Shown here: piece by piece, positions 1 through 9,253 of the stretch
Numbering within the stretch: the first letter of the stretch is position 1
How the letters are laid out: each line of letters starts with the position of its first letter
Source of the DNA: Anaerotignum sp.
GTDB lineage: Bacteria; Bacillota; Clostridia; Lachnospirales; Anaerotignaceae
Strand: one strand, 5' to 3'
DNA: 51,789 nucleotides
Assembly (NCBI GenBank): GCA_045122575.1
Contig: JBGVHV010000106.1
Made by a program: the position numbers and the translations under genes
Notes under the pieces: generated by a model
The model's input: the letters and a program-made list of their open reading frames with translations, nothing else
Told to the model about the DNA's origin: nothing
The model's database searches: none

Positions 1-1
1 G

Positions 2-1279
2 ACAGAAGCAGATGTTAAGGCTGCCATGCGAGAAGTAAAGATCGCTCTTCTGGAGGCCGATGTTAACTTCAAAATCGTAAAAGATTTTATCAAAAAAGTA
101 ACTGAACGTGCAGTAGGTACGGAAGTGCTGCAGGGTCTGAATCCCGGTCAGCAGGTGATCAAGATCGTAAATGAAGAACTGATCGCGCTGATGGGTTCCA
201 CACAGGCACAGCTGACATTTTCCAGAAAACCACCCACCGTATTTATGATGGTTGGTCTGCAGGGTGCCGGTAAAACAACAACCAGTGGTAAACTGGCAGG
301 TCAGCTGCGTAAGCAGGGCAGAAATCCTCTGCTGGTAGCCTGTGACGTTTACAGACCTGCTGCTATCAAACAGCTGCAGGTGGTTGGTAAAAACTATAAC
401 ATTCCCGTGTTTGAAATGGGCACAGAAGTAAGTCCCGTTGAGATCTCTAAAAAAGCACTGGAATACGCTGCGGAAAAACACCACGACGTAATCCTGATCG
501 ATACCGCAGGCCGACTGCACATCAACGAAGAGCTGATGCAGGAACTGCAGGATATCAAAGCGACAGTCAAACCACAGGAAATCCTGCTGGTTGTAGACGC
601 TATGACAGGTCAGGACGCGGTAACCGTTGCGGAAAGCTTTGACGGTCAGCTGGGTGTTGACGGTATCATCCTGACAAAACTGGATGGTGACGCACGAGGC
701 GGTGCGGCTCTTTCCGTAAGAAGCGTAACAAACAAACCCATCAAATACATCGGTATGGGCGAAAAAATGGAAGACCTTGAGCCTTTCTATCCCGACCGTA
801 TGGCATCCAGAATCCTGGGTATGGGCGATGTGCTTTCCTTGATCGATAAGGTACAGTCCAACATCGACGAACAGGAAGCCATCGAAATGGCAAAGAAAAT
901 GCGTTCCAACGACTTCACGCTGGAAGATTTCCTTGCACAGATGCAGCAGATCAAGAAAATGGGCCCTCTGAAAGACCTGCTCGGTATGCTGCCCGGTATT
1001 CCCGGTGTGGGCAAACTGGATATGGACGCACTGGGCGGTGTGGATCCTCAGAAGGAAATGGCAAAAACAGAAGCCATCATCCAGTCCATGACGAAGGAAG
1101 AAAGACAGAACCCTTCCATTCTGAACGGCCCCAGAAAGAAAAGAATCGCTGCAGGCTGCGGCCGCAGTATTGCTGATGTAAACCGTCTGCTGAAACAGTT
1201 CGAAGATATGAAGAAAATGATGAAGCAGATGAACAATATGACAAAAGGCAAGAAAGGCAAGATGCCCTTTTTCCGCTAA
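2..1279 (+). CDS. ffh: Signal recognition particle protein Ffh (5'-truncated by window edge)
   Basis: GLQGAGKTT, DTAGR, TKLDGDARGG and a Met-rich M domain. The frame is open from position 2 (TEADVKAAMREVK), so the real start lies upstream of the window. Confidence 0.98.
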   Translation, partial: TEADVKAAMREVKIALLEADVNFKIVKDFIKKVTERAVGTEVLQGLNPGQQVIKIVNEELIALMGSTQAQLTFSRKPPTVFMMVGLQGAGKTTTSGKLAGQLRKQGRNPLLVACDVYRPAAIKQLQVVGKNYNIPVFEMGTEVSPVEISKKALEYAAEKHHDVILIDTAGRLHINEELMQELQDIKATVKPQEILLVVDAMTGQDAVTVAESFDGQLGVDGIILTKLDGDARGGAALSVRSVTNKPIKYIGMGEKMEDLEPFYPDRMASRILGMGDVLSLIDKVQSNIDEQEAIEMAKKMRSNDFTLEDFLAQMQQIKKMGPLKDLLGMLPGIPGVGKLDMDALGGVDPQKEMAKTEAIIQSMTKEERQNPSILNGPRKKRIAAGCGRSIADVNRLLKQFEDMKKMMKQMNNMTKGKKGKMPFFR

Positions 1280-1365
1280 AAATGGATTTTATTCCGCAAG
1301 GAATCAATAGATAAATCAAAACTAATAACCAATAAACATTTTTAAACATTTAGGAGGACAAAATC

Positions 1366-1614
1366 ATGGCAGTAAGAATCAGACTGAAAAGACTGGGCGC
1401 AAAAAAAGCACCTTTTTACAGAATCGTAGTAGCAGATTCCAGAACATCCAGAAACGGTAAATCCATCGACGAAATCGGTATCTACGATCCTACAAAAGAA
1501 CCCGCTGTTCTGAAAGTAGACGCAGAAGCAGCTAACAAATGGCTGACAAACGGTGCACAGCCTTCCGATACAGTAAAAGCTCTGCTGAAAAAAGCTGGCG
1601 TAATCGCTGAATAA
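1366..1614 (+). CDS. rpsP: 30S ribosomal protein S16
   Basis: [35 protein letters not shown]; canonical position after ffh. Confidence 0.99.
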   Translation: MAVRIRLKRLGAKKAPFYRIVVADSRTSRNGKSIDEIGIYDPTKEPAVLKVDAEAANKWLTNGAQPSDTVKALLKKAGVIAE

Positions 1615-1639
1615 TTCCGAGTAAGCGGAGGCCTCGATT

Positions 1640-1870
1640 ATGAAAGAACTTTTGGAAGTTATTGCAAAAAGACTTGTAGAACATCCCGAGCAGGTAGTTG
1701 TGACAGAAACAAACAACGAACGCGCTTTGGTTCTGGAACTGAAGGTTGCTCCTGAGGATATGGGTAAAGTGATCGGCAAACAGGGCAGAATCGCAAAGGC
1801 GATCAGAACTGTTGTGAAGGCTGCTGGTATCCATGAAGACAAGAAAATCATCGTAGAAATCGTGCAGTAA
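1640..1870 (+). CDS. khpA: KH-domain RNA-binding protein KhpA (YlqC)
   Basis: DMGKVIGKQGRIAKAIR (GxxG loop); canonical position after rpsP. Confidence 0.96.
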   Translation: MKELLEVIAKRLVEHPEQVVVTETNNERALVLELKVAPEDMGKVIGKQGRIAKAIRTVVKAAGIHEDKKIIVEIVQ

Positions 1871-1888
1871 GCAAGACGGCTACGAAAC

Positions 1889-1920
1889 AGGCGGTGGGAG
1901 TTCTCCTGCCGCCTTTTTTA
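1889..1920 (+). terminator. Intrinsic terminator after khpA
   Basis: AGGCGGTGGGAG-tt-CTCCTGCCGCCT followed by a T-tract. Confidence 0.8.
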
Positions 1921-1986
1921 TCTGTAATATAAAGATTGAATTTGAAAATACAAACAGTTTTGTTTTTGAAATAAAGGAGCAAAAGC

Positions 1987-2199
1987 ATGAAAAAAGGATT
2001 CATTTTAATGTGCATCATCATGAGCCTTGTCTGTATGATGGCCTGTGCGATGACACTGGCAATGAAAACACAGGGGATCTCTGTGATGGTGTTTGGCGTC
2101 TCTGCAAATCCTTCTCTGGTAGGCGGTCTGATGATGCTGTTCGCTGTGCTTTTCCTTCTGCTGGCAGCAAGAGTGGCAATGAAAATGAGAAAGAAATAA
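1987..2199 (+). CDS. Small two-TM membrane protein, unknown function
   Basis: AAGGAG RBS; two hydrophobic segments with basic termini; stop lies next to the rimM RBS. Confidence 0.75.
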   Translation: MKKGFILMCIIMSLVCMMACAMTLAMKTQGISVMVFGVSANPSLVGGLMMLFAVLFLLLAARVAMKMRKK

Positions 2200-2211
2200 T
2201 GGAGGCGGAAT

Positions 2212-2721
2212 ATGGAAAATTATTTTGAAATCGGTAAGATCACAGGCACCCACGGCATCCGCGGCACTATGCGTGTATTCCCCACCACACAGGATCCTAC
2301 ACGTTTTGAAAAACTGAAAGAGATCATTGTGGAAGTACGCAACAAACAGGAAGTGTTCCACATCAAAAAAGTGGCATATCAGAAAAACATGATCCTGCTG
2401 ACAGTGAAGGAAATCGATGATATCAACGTAGCAGAACTGTACAAAAACGGCAGAATCCTGATTCCCGATGCAGTGGCAATCCCTCTGGAAGAGGATGAAT
2501 ACTATACCCGCGATCTGTACGGCATGAAAGTTGTGACAGATGAAGGGGAAGAACTGGGTGAACTGGTGAAAATCTACGAAACGGGCGCAAATGATGTGTA
2601 TGCAGTGAAAAAAGCAGAAGATAAAAAAGAACTGCTGATCCCTGCCATCAAGGACTGTATCCTGAAGGTAGATATCAAAGAAAACACCATGACTGTACAT
2701 CTGCTGGAAGGATTGAGATAA
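2212..2721 (+). CDS. rimM: 16S rRNA processing protein RimM
   Basis: IGKITGTHGIRG, EDEYY, ETGANDVY, LLIPAI. Confidence 0.97.
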   Translation: MENYFEIGKITGTHGIRGTMRVFPTTQDPTRFEKLKEIIVEVRNKQEVFHIKKVAYQKNMILLTVKEIDDINVAELYKNGRILIPDAVAIPLEEDEYYTRDLYGMKVVTDEGEELGELVKIYETGANDVYAVKKAEDKKELLIPAIKDCILKVDIKENTMTVHLLEGLR

Positions 2722-3462
2722 ATGAAGCAGTTTTTCGTATTAACATTGTTCCCTGAAATGATCGAACAGACCCTTTCCCACAGCATTATGGGCAGAGCCC
2801 AGAAGGAAGGGCATATCTCTGTGGAAGCAGTCAATATCCGTGATTTTACGCTGAATAAGCATAAACATGTAGATGATTACCCCTATGGCGGCGGCGCAGG
2901 TCTGGTTATGCAGGGACAGCCCATTTATGACGCCTACCAGAGCCTGATGCCCAGAGCGGAAGGGGCAAGGGTAGTCTTTATGACCCCGCAGGGCAGACCC
3001 TTTACCCAGCGTATTGCGGAAGAACTGGCCCAGGAGGAAAATCTGGTGTTCCTTTGTGGCCATTATGAAGGGATCGATGAACGCCTGATCGAAGAGATCG
3101 TAACAGATGAAATTTCTTTGGGGGACTTCGTTCTGACCGGCGGCGAACTGGCGGCCATCACCATCATCGATGCGGTGTCCCGTCTGGTGCCCGGTGTATT
3201 GGGCAAAGAGGAATCCTTCGAGGATGAAAGCTTTTCCGATGGTCTGCTGGAATACCCTCAATATACCCGACCTCCTGTTTTTATGGGCAGGGAAGTGCCG
3301 GAGGTGCTTCTGAGCGGTCACCATGGAAATGTGGCGAAGTGGAGAAGAGAACAGGCTCTCCTGAGAACAGCAAAAAAACGTCCGGATCTTTTGAAAACGG
3401 CGGAGCTGACAAAAAAAGACCTGAAATTCCTGCAGGAGCAGGGCATCGAAATAGAAAAATAA
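2722..3462 (+). CDS. trmD: tRNA (guanine37-N1)-methyltransferase
   Basis: [47 protein letters not shown]. Confidence 0.99.
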   Translation: MKQFFVLTLFPEMIEQTLSHSIMGRAQKEGHISVEAVNIRDFTLNKHKHVDDYPYGGGAGLVMQGQPIYDAYQSLMPRAEGARVVFMTPQGRPFTQRIAEELAQEENLVFLCGHYEGIDERLIEEIVTDEISLGDFVLTGGELAAITIIDAVSRLVPGVLGKEESFEDESFSDGLLEYPQYTRPPVFMGREVPEVLLSGHHGNVAKWRREQALLRTAKKRPDLLKTAELTKKDLKFLQEQGIEIEK

Positions 3463-3490
3463 AAAGACCCATCAGGGTCTTTTTTCTTTT
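3461..3490. terminator. Bidirectional terminator between trmD and tetR
   Basis: AAAAAGACCC-atca-GGGTCTTTTT between convergent genes. Confidence 0.75.
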
Positions 3491-4044
3491 TCGTATGGAA
3501 GCTGGGAATGAGGGAACATGATGCGGAAGGTGATCTCTGCCATATTTTCTTCGCTTTCCTGCATGCCGTCCTTCAGCCATTGGATATACAGATTATAGAG
3601 CGCTCCGGCATAGGCGTAGGTTTTGCATCGTTTGGAAAATTCTGCGTTGGGCGGCAGGATATACATATCCATATATTTATTCAGCCCATCCAGCAGAATG
3701 GAAGAAAGATTGGCGCTATGCAGGCAAAGGGCAAAGCGGCTGTGGTTGCGGAAAAAGCGAAAGGCATAAAGCAGCTGCTCATAGCCATGGTCTTTTCCCA
3801 GATAGCCTTTCTTTTCTCCTTCGATGCGAAAACGACGCACGATGGTCTGCAGGTGTTCTTCCAGAATATTTTGCTTGGAGGTGAAACTGCGATAATAGCT
3901 CATGCGGGAAACCCCCGCTTTTTTGGTTAATTCGGTGATAGAGATTTCTTCCAGAGGCTTTTTTTCCATCAGATCCATCAGAGCATAAGCCAGATAAGCC
4001 CCAGCGGTATCTGGCAGAGAAACTCTTTTTTTATTGATATACAT
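3472..4044 (-). CDS. TetR/AcrR family transcriptional regulator
   Basis: HTH ISITELTKKAGVSRMSYYRSF. Start moved to ATG at 4044, which follows an AAGGAGG RBS. Confidence 0.92.
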   Translation of the reverse strand: MYINKKRVSLPDTAGAYLAYALMDLMEKKPLEEISITELTKKAGVSRMSYYRSFTSKQNILEEHLQTIVRRFRIEGEKKGYLGKDHGYEQLLYAFRFFRNHSRFALCLHSANLSSILLDGLNKYMDMYILPPNAEFSKRCKTYAYAGALYNLYIQWLKDGMQESEENMAEITFRIMFPHSQLPYEKEKRP

Positions 4045-4068
4045 AGGATTCCTCCTTGGAATATCGAC

Positions 4069-4127
4069 GAAATGTGACACTTCAATTGGTTTTGTAAATT
4101 GTAACATAAATTTGCAAATGGTACAAT
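4069..4127 (+). promoter_or_regulatory. degV promoter with two TGTnACA palindromic operator candidates
   Basis: TTGTAA(4099)-17 nt-TACAAT(4122) with an extended -10 TG; TGTGACA at 4073 and TGTAACA at 4100. Confidence 0.55.
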
Positions 4128-4190
4128 ATCATGTGGTAATTGAAACTATGTATTTCGGTGAAGAAACTTTCCTTGGAGGGACATATAATT

Positions 4191-5039
4191 ATGAAGAAAA
4201 AGATCCTGGTTGACTCCAGCTGCTGTATGATGTCTATTGAAAATCTGGCAGAAGGTATCGAATTTGCAAAAGCGCCCCTGAAGATCATGGTGGGGGAGAA
4301 AGAATTTGTAGATGATGAAAATCTGGATGTGGCGCAGATGATCGACGAAATGTATGCATACCCCGGCAAAACAAGCTCTGCCTGCCCCAGCCCTGAGGAA
4401 TATGCAGCCCATTTCCGTGAAGCAGACGAATGTTATGTGGTCACCATCATCAGCACATTGTCCGGCAGCCATAACGCGGCAGAAGTGGCAAAGCAGATGG
4501 TTCTGGAAGAATGTCCCGATAAAAAGATCTATATTCTGGATTCCTGGTCTGCCGGCATGCAGCTGACGCTGATGGTGCAGAAGCTCCATGAACTGATCGC
4601 ATCCGGTCTGCCCTTTGAAGAAGTGTGCAAACAGTCTGATGACTATGCAAAAAACCACACAAAGCTGGTGGCAGTGCTTTACAGCATTGAAAATCTGGTG
4701 AAAAATGGCCGTGTTCCAAAAATTGTCGGTATGGCAGCAAACCTTCTGAATCTGCACCTGATCGTGAATGTCAGCGAAGATGGTCAGATCGTACCCATTG
4801 CAAAATCCAGAAACAGAAAGAAGGGCGCAGGTCTTGTGCTGGCAGAAATGGAAAGTAAGGGCTACAAAGGCGGGAAGGTTATCATTTCCCATTGTCAGAA
4901 CCCAGCAGGCGTGGAACTTTTGAAAGATACGATTTCTGCAAAATACGAAAATGTTGTATTTGAATCCATGGAAACCAGAGGCCTCTGCAGTTATTATGCA
5001 GAAAGAGGCGGTCTGATGATCGGTTATGAAATCGACTGA
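4191..5039 (+). CDS. DegV/FakB family fatty-acid-binding protein
   Basis: KILVDSS, SSACPSP, LSGSHNAA, LDSWSAG, LVKNGRV, YAERGGLMIGY. Start at ATG 4191 after GGAGG. Confidence 0.93.
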   Translation: MKKKILVDSSCCMMSIENLAEGIEFAKAPLKIMVGEKEFVDDENLDVAQMIDEMYAYPGKTSSACPSPEEYAAHFREADECYVVTIISTLSGSHNAAEVAKQMVLEECPDKKIYILDSWSAGMQLTLMVQKLHELIASGLPFEEVCKQSDDYAKNHTKLVAVLYSIENLVKNGRVPKIVGMAANLLNLHLIVNVSEDGQIVPIAKSRNRKKGAGLVLAEMESKGYKGGKVIISHCQNPAGVELLKDTISAKYENVVFESMETRGLCSYYAERGGLMIGYEID

Positions 5040-5050
5040 GAAAGAAAAAG

Positions 5051-5110
5051 AAAGACGGACGGAAATCCGTCTTTTTTTATGCAAAGAAAAAAGAGCCGTA
5101 AGGCTCTTTT
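5051..5110. terminator. Two back-to-back terminators (degV and yheO-like gene)
   Basis: AAAGACGGA-cggaaa-TCCGTCTTT(T) and AAAAGAGCC-gtaa-GGCTCTTTT. Confidence 0.75.
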
Positions 5111-5111
5111 C

Positions 5112-5774
5112 TTATTTGTTCATATTTCTAATATGCATGTAAACCGTGTTTTTGGAAATACCCAGGTGGTTTGCAATGGTGATGACAGAATCCTTCAGGT
5201 TGAAAATACCTTTCTGATACAGGATCGCCACGATTTCCTTGTTTTTGTTGGAAGAAGAAATGGCAAGGTTATCATAAACGGATTTCTTTGCTTCTTCTAG
5301 TGCATTCAGCATCAGTTCTTCTGCATTTTCTACAAATGTTTCAGAGATGTTTTCGGTTTCTGTTTTGGTGTTGGGGGTAAAGTTCTGCAACAGGGACAAT
5401 AGGGAAGCTGTCAGATAAAAATTGATACAGAACAGACCGATGATATTGCCGTTTTCCCCTTCGATGGCGGAAATAGAAGCCTTGAATGCCTCTCCGCGTT
5501 TGTTTTTGGCAAAATAAGTTACATGGCGCAAACCGGGATTTGCCAGCATTTTGTTGGCAAAGGACAGTGTTACTTCGGAAATGGGGGAACCTGCCTGTCT
5601 GCCGGAAAGATGTCCGTTGACGATCTTCATAACGGAAGCATCCAGTCGGGAAAGGTTATGAATAACAATTTCACAGTTTTCTCCCATGAATTCCGCAGTG
5701 CCGTCGGCCACAGGGAGATAAGAATTTAAAATCGCCTTGTCCTTTTCGGTCAGGATGGTGATCGCGTTTTCCAT
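5112..5774 (-). CDS. YheO/DauR-like regulator (PAS_6 + HTH_22)
   Basis: GENCEIVIHNL, IVNGHLSGRQAGSPI, GLFCINF, LYQKGIFNLKDSV..IANHLGISKNTVYMHIR. Start at 5774 after GGAGG. Confidence 0.92.
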   Translation of the reverse strand: MENAITILTEKDKAILNSYLPVADGTAEFMGENCEIVIHNLSRLDASVMKIVNGHLSGRQAGSPISEVTLSFANKMLANPGLRHVTYFAKNKRGEAFKASISAIEGENGNIIGLFCINFYLTASLLSLLQNFTPNTKTETENISETFVENAEELMLNALEEAKKSVYDNLAISSSNKNKEIVAILYQKGIFNLKDSVITIANHLGISKNTVYMHIRNMNK

Positions 5775-6108
5775 AATGTACCTCCAGAAATCAAAATAGG
5801 TGCATGGTGTCATAAGATCAATTTATACTATATATAGTATAAATGACAGACAAGATATTTTTCAAGAGAAAAACAGTAAATGAGTGAAAAATTTTTCATC
5901 GATTTATGGATTTTGAACACTAAGTGTAAAAAAATGGAAGAAGTGGGTGCGAAATCCAATAAAATTGATGTTAAGAAAGTACGGAGTAAACCATCTTAAC
6001 ACCACCTTTATACAATTTGCCCGTATAATTTTATCAGGTAATATGGTGCGAATAATTTTCAGGGGATGGAAAACAGGCAGACAAAAAGAAGGAAGAGGGG
6101 GAGCATGA

Positions 6109-6426
6109 ATGGAAAAACTGAAATATGATACAGAACGTTTTATAGATGAAAGGGATGTGCTGTATCGATTGGAATATTTTTTATTGATTCATTCTGTGGG
6201 ATCAGGATGTGTATATGGCGTTGAGGTTCGGAAAATCGACGTTGCAGGCAATGTGGAAAAAGATGTGGTGGAAGGCTTGTGCGAAAGCAGGGACGAGGCA
6301 GAGGACTTTCTGCGCAGACTGGCAAAAGGACGGGCACTTCCGGTTGAATTGGCCGCATTATGTGATGATCATATTTTCTGGAGAGAGTCTGAAAAAAAGC
6401 ATAAAATGGTACAGGCGGCATCCTGA
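6109..6426 (+). CDS. Small clostridial hypothetical protein (DUF6514-like)
   Basis: Purine-rich RBS; YGVEV...FLRRLAKGRALPVELAALCDD resembles DUF6514; followed by a terminator. Confidence 0.65.
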   Translation: MEKLKYDTERFIDERDVLYRLEYFLLIHSVGSGCVYGVEVRKIDVAGNVEKDVVEGLCESRDEAEDFLRRLAKGRALPVELAALCDDHIFWRESEKKHKMVQAAS

Positions 6427-6446
6427 GTTTGGATTTGATTTTGCTT

Positions 6447-6478
6447 AAGTCTTGAATCGAAAGATTCGAGACTTTTTT
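6447..6478 (+). terminator. Intrinsic terminator
   Basis: AAGTCTTGAATC-gaaa-GATTCGAGACTT followed by a T-tract. Confidence 0.75.
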
Positions 6479-6544
6479 GTATGAATTGGTAAAAAAAATA
6501 GACAATTGTTCTCAGATTTCTCCAATTCGCCAAGGGCAAAATCG

Positions 6545-6573
6545 TTGCAAAGAAAAGTTCCGACCGTTATAAT
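6545..6573 (+). promoter_or_regulatory. SigA-type promoter of glnA
   Basis: TTGCAA-17 nt-TATAAT. Confidence 0.65.
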
Positions 6574-6657
6574 GAGAACATGAATGGATATAAAAAATGC
6601 AGTGATGCATATAGAATTAAGGAAGAGATTCAGTTTTACAAAAGAAAGGAATAATTT

Positions 6658-8766
6658 ATGAAGGAAAAGATTTCTGTACCCGAAATCTTCGGGATGAATG
6701 TATTTAATGATGCCATGATGCGTGAGCATCTTCCTAAAAAAGTATATGAAGAATTAAGAAGTACTATTGAGCAGGGCGCGATGCTGAATTCCGAGATCGC
6801 AGATATCATTGCAAATGCAATGAAAGACTGGGCGATTGAACGTGGTGCGACTCATTATACCCATTGGTTCCAGCCCATGACAGGGATCACAGCGGAAAAA
6901 CACGATTCCTTTCTGGCGCCTCCTTCCAACGGCAAAGCCATCATGGAATTTTCCGGCAAGGAACTGATCAAAGGGGAATCCGATGCTTCTTCTTTCCCCT
7001 CCGGCGGTCTGCGTGCTACTTTTGAAGCCCGCGGCTACACTGCATGGGACTGTACTTCTCCTGCATTCCTGCGTGAAGATGCCGGCGGTATTACATTATA
7101 TATCCCTACAGCCTTCTATTCCTATACAGGGGAGTCTCTGGATAAAAAAACACCTCTGCTGCGTTCCTGTGAAGCAGTCAGCAGACAGGCTATGCGTATC
7201 GTTCGCCTGTTCGGCAATTATAATGCGAAAAAGATCACGGTCAGCTGTGGTGCGGAACAGGAATATTTCCTGATCGACAAAGAACTGTATCAGCAGAGAA
7301 AAGACCTGATCTTTGCAGGCCGTACATTGTTTGGTGCTGCTCCTCCCAAAGGGCAGGAAATGGATGACCATTATTTCGGCAGCATCAAAGAAAGAATTGC
7401 ATGCTTCATGCATGAACTGAATGTAGAACTGTGGAAACTGGGTGTGCCTGCCAAAACACAGCATAACGAAGTTGCACCTGCCCAGCATGAACTGGCGCCT
7501 ATTTTCGAAGACTGCAATCAGGCGACAGACCATAACCAGCTGATCATGGAAGCGATGAAACGTATCGCCAGCCACCACGGTCTGGCATGTCTGCTCCATG
7601 AAAAACCCTTTGCAGGGGTAAACGGCAGTGGTAAGCATAACAACTGGTCTCTGAGCACAGATGATGGCCAGAATCTGCTGGATCCCGGTAAAACACCCCA
7701 TGAAAATGCTCAGTTCCTGGTATTCCTCAGTGCCATCATCAAAGGTGTGGATGAATACCCTGAATTGCTGAGACTCTCTGCTTCCAACCCTGGCAATGAC
7801 CACCGTCTGGGTTCTCAGGAAGCGCCTCCTGCTATCGTTTCTATTTTCCTTGGCGACCAGTTGCAGGATATTTTCGACCAGATCGAACATGGGGAAGCAA
7901 CCAGCTCCCTGCAGGGCGGCAGAATGCGTGTCGGCGTAAACACACTGCCCGCACTGAAAAAGGACGCAACAGACAGAAACAGAACTTCTCCCTTTGCTTT
8001 TACAGGGAATAAGTTTGAATTCCGTATGCCTCCTTCCAGCGGTTCTATCTCCGGTCCAAACTTTGCGCTGAATACCATCGTTGCGGAAGAACTGAGAAAA
8101 TTTGCCGATGAGCTGGAACAGGCGGAAGATTTCAGTGCGGCTGTTCATGAACTGGTTCGCAGAACCTATGTGGAACATAAGCGTATCATCTTTGATGGTA
8201 ATGGTTATTCCGATGAATGGGTACAGGAAGCAAAACGCAGAGGTCTGCCCAATATCACAAATTCCATCGATGCGGTAGATGCTTTCCTGGAGGATAAGGT
8301 AGTAGAACTGTTCGGCAGACATGGCGTACTGAATAAACTGGAACTGCAGTCCCGTGCAGAGATCAGATACGAAAACTACGTAAAACAGATCAATATTGAA
8401 GCAAAAACAATGATCGATATTGCTTCCAGACAGATCAGACCTGCTGTGGTGAAATATGCAGGGGAAGTTGCAAAATCCGTTGCGGCGGTGAAAGCCATCG
8501 GTGTGGATGCTTCTGCGGAAGAAGAACTGATGAATGAAATTGCGGAAAATCTGAATCAGTTCCATGAACGCCTGAAAATTCTGACAGAGGTGACAGAACA
8601 GGCAAACCAGCTGCAGGGTGACAGCAAATCTCAGGCGATCTTCTGCCGTGATTATGTATTTGCTGCCATGAAGGAACTGAGAGAACCTGCGGATAAACTG
8701 GAAATGCTGGTAGATGAAAACAGCTGGCCTTTCCCTACTTACGGCGAACTGCTGTATAACATCTGA
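6658..8766 (+). CDS. glnA: Glutamine synthetase type III
   Basis: 702 aa; GATHYTHWFQPMTG, DASSFPSGGLRATFEARGYTAWD, HEKPFAGVNGSGKHNNWS, DRNRTSPFAFTGNKFEFR. Confidence 0.97.
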   Translation: MKEKISVPEIFGMNVFNDAMMREHLPKKVYEELRSTIEQGAMLNSEIADIIANAMKDWAIERGATHYTHWFQPMTGITAEKHDSFLAPPSNGKAIMEFSGKELIKGESDASSFPSGGLRATFEARGYTAWDCTSPAFLREDAGGITLYIPTAFYSYTGESLDKKTPLLRSCEAVSRQAMRIVRLFGNYNAKKITVSCGAEQEYFLIDKELYQQRKDLIFAGRTLFGAAPPKGQEMDDHYFGSIKERIACFMHELNVELWKLGVPAKTQHNEVAPAQHELAPIFEDCNQATDHNQLIMEAMKRIASHHGLACLLHEKPFAGVNGSGKHNNWSLSTDDGQNLLDPGKTPHENAQFLVFLSAIIKGVDEYPELLRLSASNPGNDHRLGSQEAPPAIVSIFLGDQLQDIFDQIEHGEATSSLQGGRMRVGVNTLPALKKDATDRNRTSPFAFTGNKFEFRMPPSSGSISGPNFALNTIVAEELRKFADELEQAEDFSAAVHELVRRTYVEHKRIIFDGNGYSDEWVQEAKRRGLPNITNSIDAVDAFLEDKVVELFGRHGVLNKLELQSRAEIRYENYVKQINIEAKTMIDIASRQIRPAVVKYAGEVAKSVAAVKAIGVDASAEEELMNEIAENLNQFHERLKILTEVTEQANQLQGDSKSQAIFCRDYVFAAMKELREPADKLEMLVDENSWPFPTYGELLYNI

Positions 8767-8800
8767 TAGATGTATGACAAATAAATAAAGGTAAAATAAA

Positions 8801-8848
8801 GCCTCCTTTCGTATGACGGTGAATGTTGTCGGAAGGGGGCATTTTTTC
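8801..8848 (+). terminator. Terminator after glnA
   Basis: GCCTCCTTTCG...CGGAAGGGGGC followed by ATTTTTT. Confidence 0.6.
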
Positions 8849-9051
8849 GGCCTTTCTGGATGGTTTTGGCATGGACAAAAGAGGGGGTTCTTGTAAGACA
8901 AATAGCGGAATTTTAGAAAAGTGGGGCAAATTCGATCAAAAAACTATAAAATTCATACAAAGAGAATTTTGGCTCATTAGAATAGTTTTCGAATTTCATG
9001 GCAAAAAATGTGTTTTTTTTGAAATACAAAATAAAAAATTTATATAATTTC

Positions 9052-9115
9052 TTGCAACGGTGGAAAAGTTGCGCTATAATGTATTGGAGTTGTAATGTGG
9101 AATTTTCAAAAAAAT
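9052..9115 (+). promoter_or_regulatory. SigA promoter of the ATPase-vor operon with a downstream CodY-like box
   Basis: TTGCAA(9052)-17 nt-TATAAT(9075); AATTTTCAAAAAAAT at 9101-9115 has two mismatches to AATTTTCWGAAAATT. Confidence 0.5.
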
Positions 9116-9253
9116 ATCTAAAATCTGATTAAAATGGATTCCTGTTTTATTGAAAGTATCCATAACTGATTTCTCACCATTTCATATTTGTTTGCTATAT
9201 ATAACAAAATGGGGGTGGGGAAAGCAACAAAAACTGTATGGAGGCGAAAACAT

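Noticed and set aside
5969..6001. Inverted repeat TGTTAAGA...TCTTAACA upstream of the DUF6514-like gene
   Set aside because: A single 8-bp inverted repeat with a long spacer and no second copy or assignable regulator
7096..8901. Long antisense ORFs (also 13827-15623, 23519-24985, 31583-33283, 40911-42488, 49568-51601)
   Set aside because: They mirror well-identified sense genes, have no RBS or recognisable motifs, and are explained by codon bias that depletes antisense stops. The 49568-51601 ORF is the shadow of pheS/pheT.
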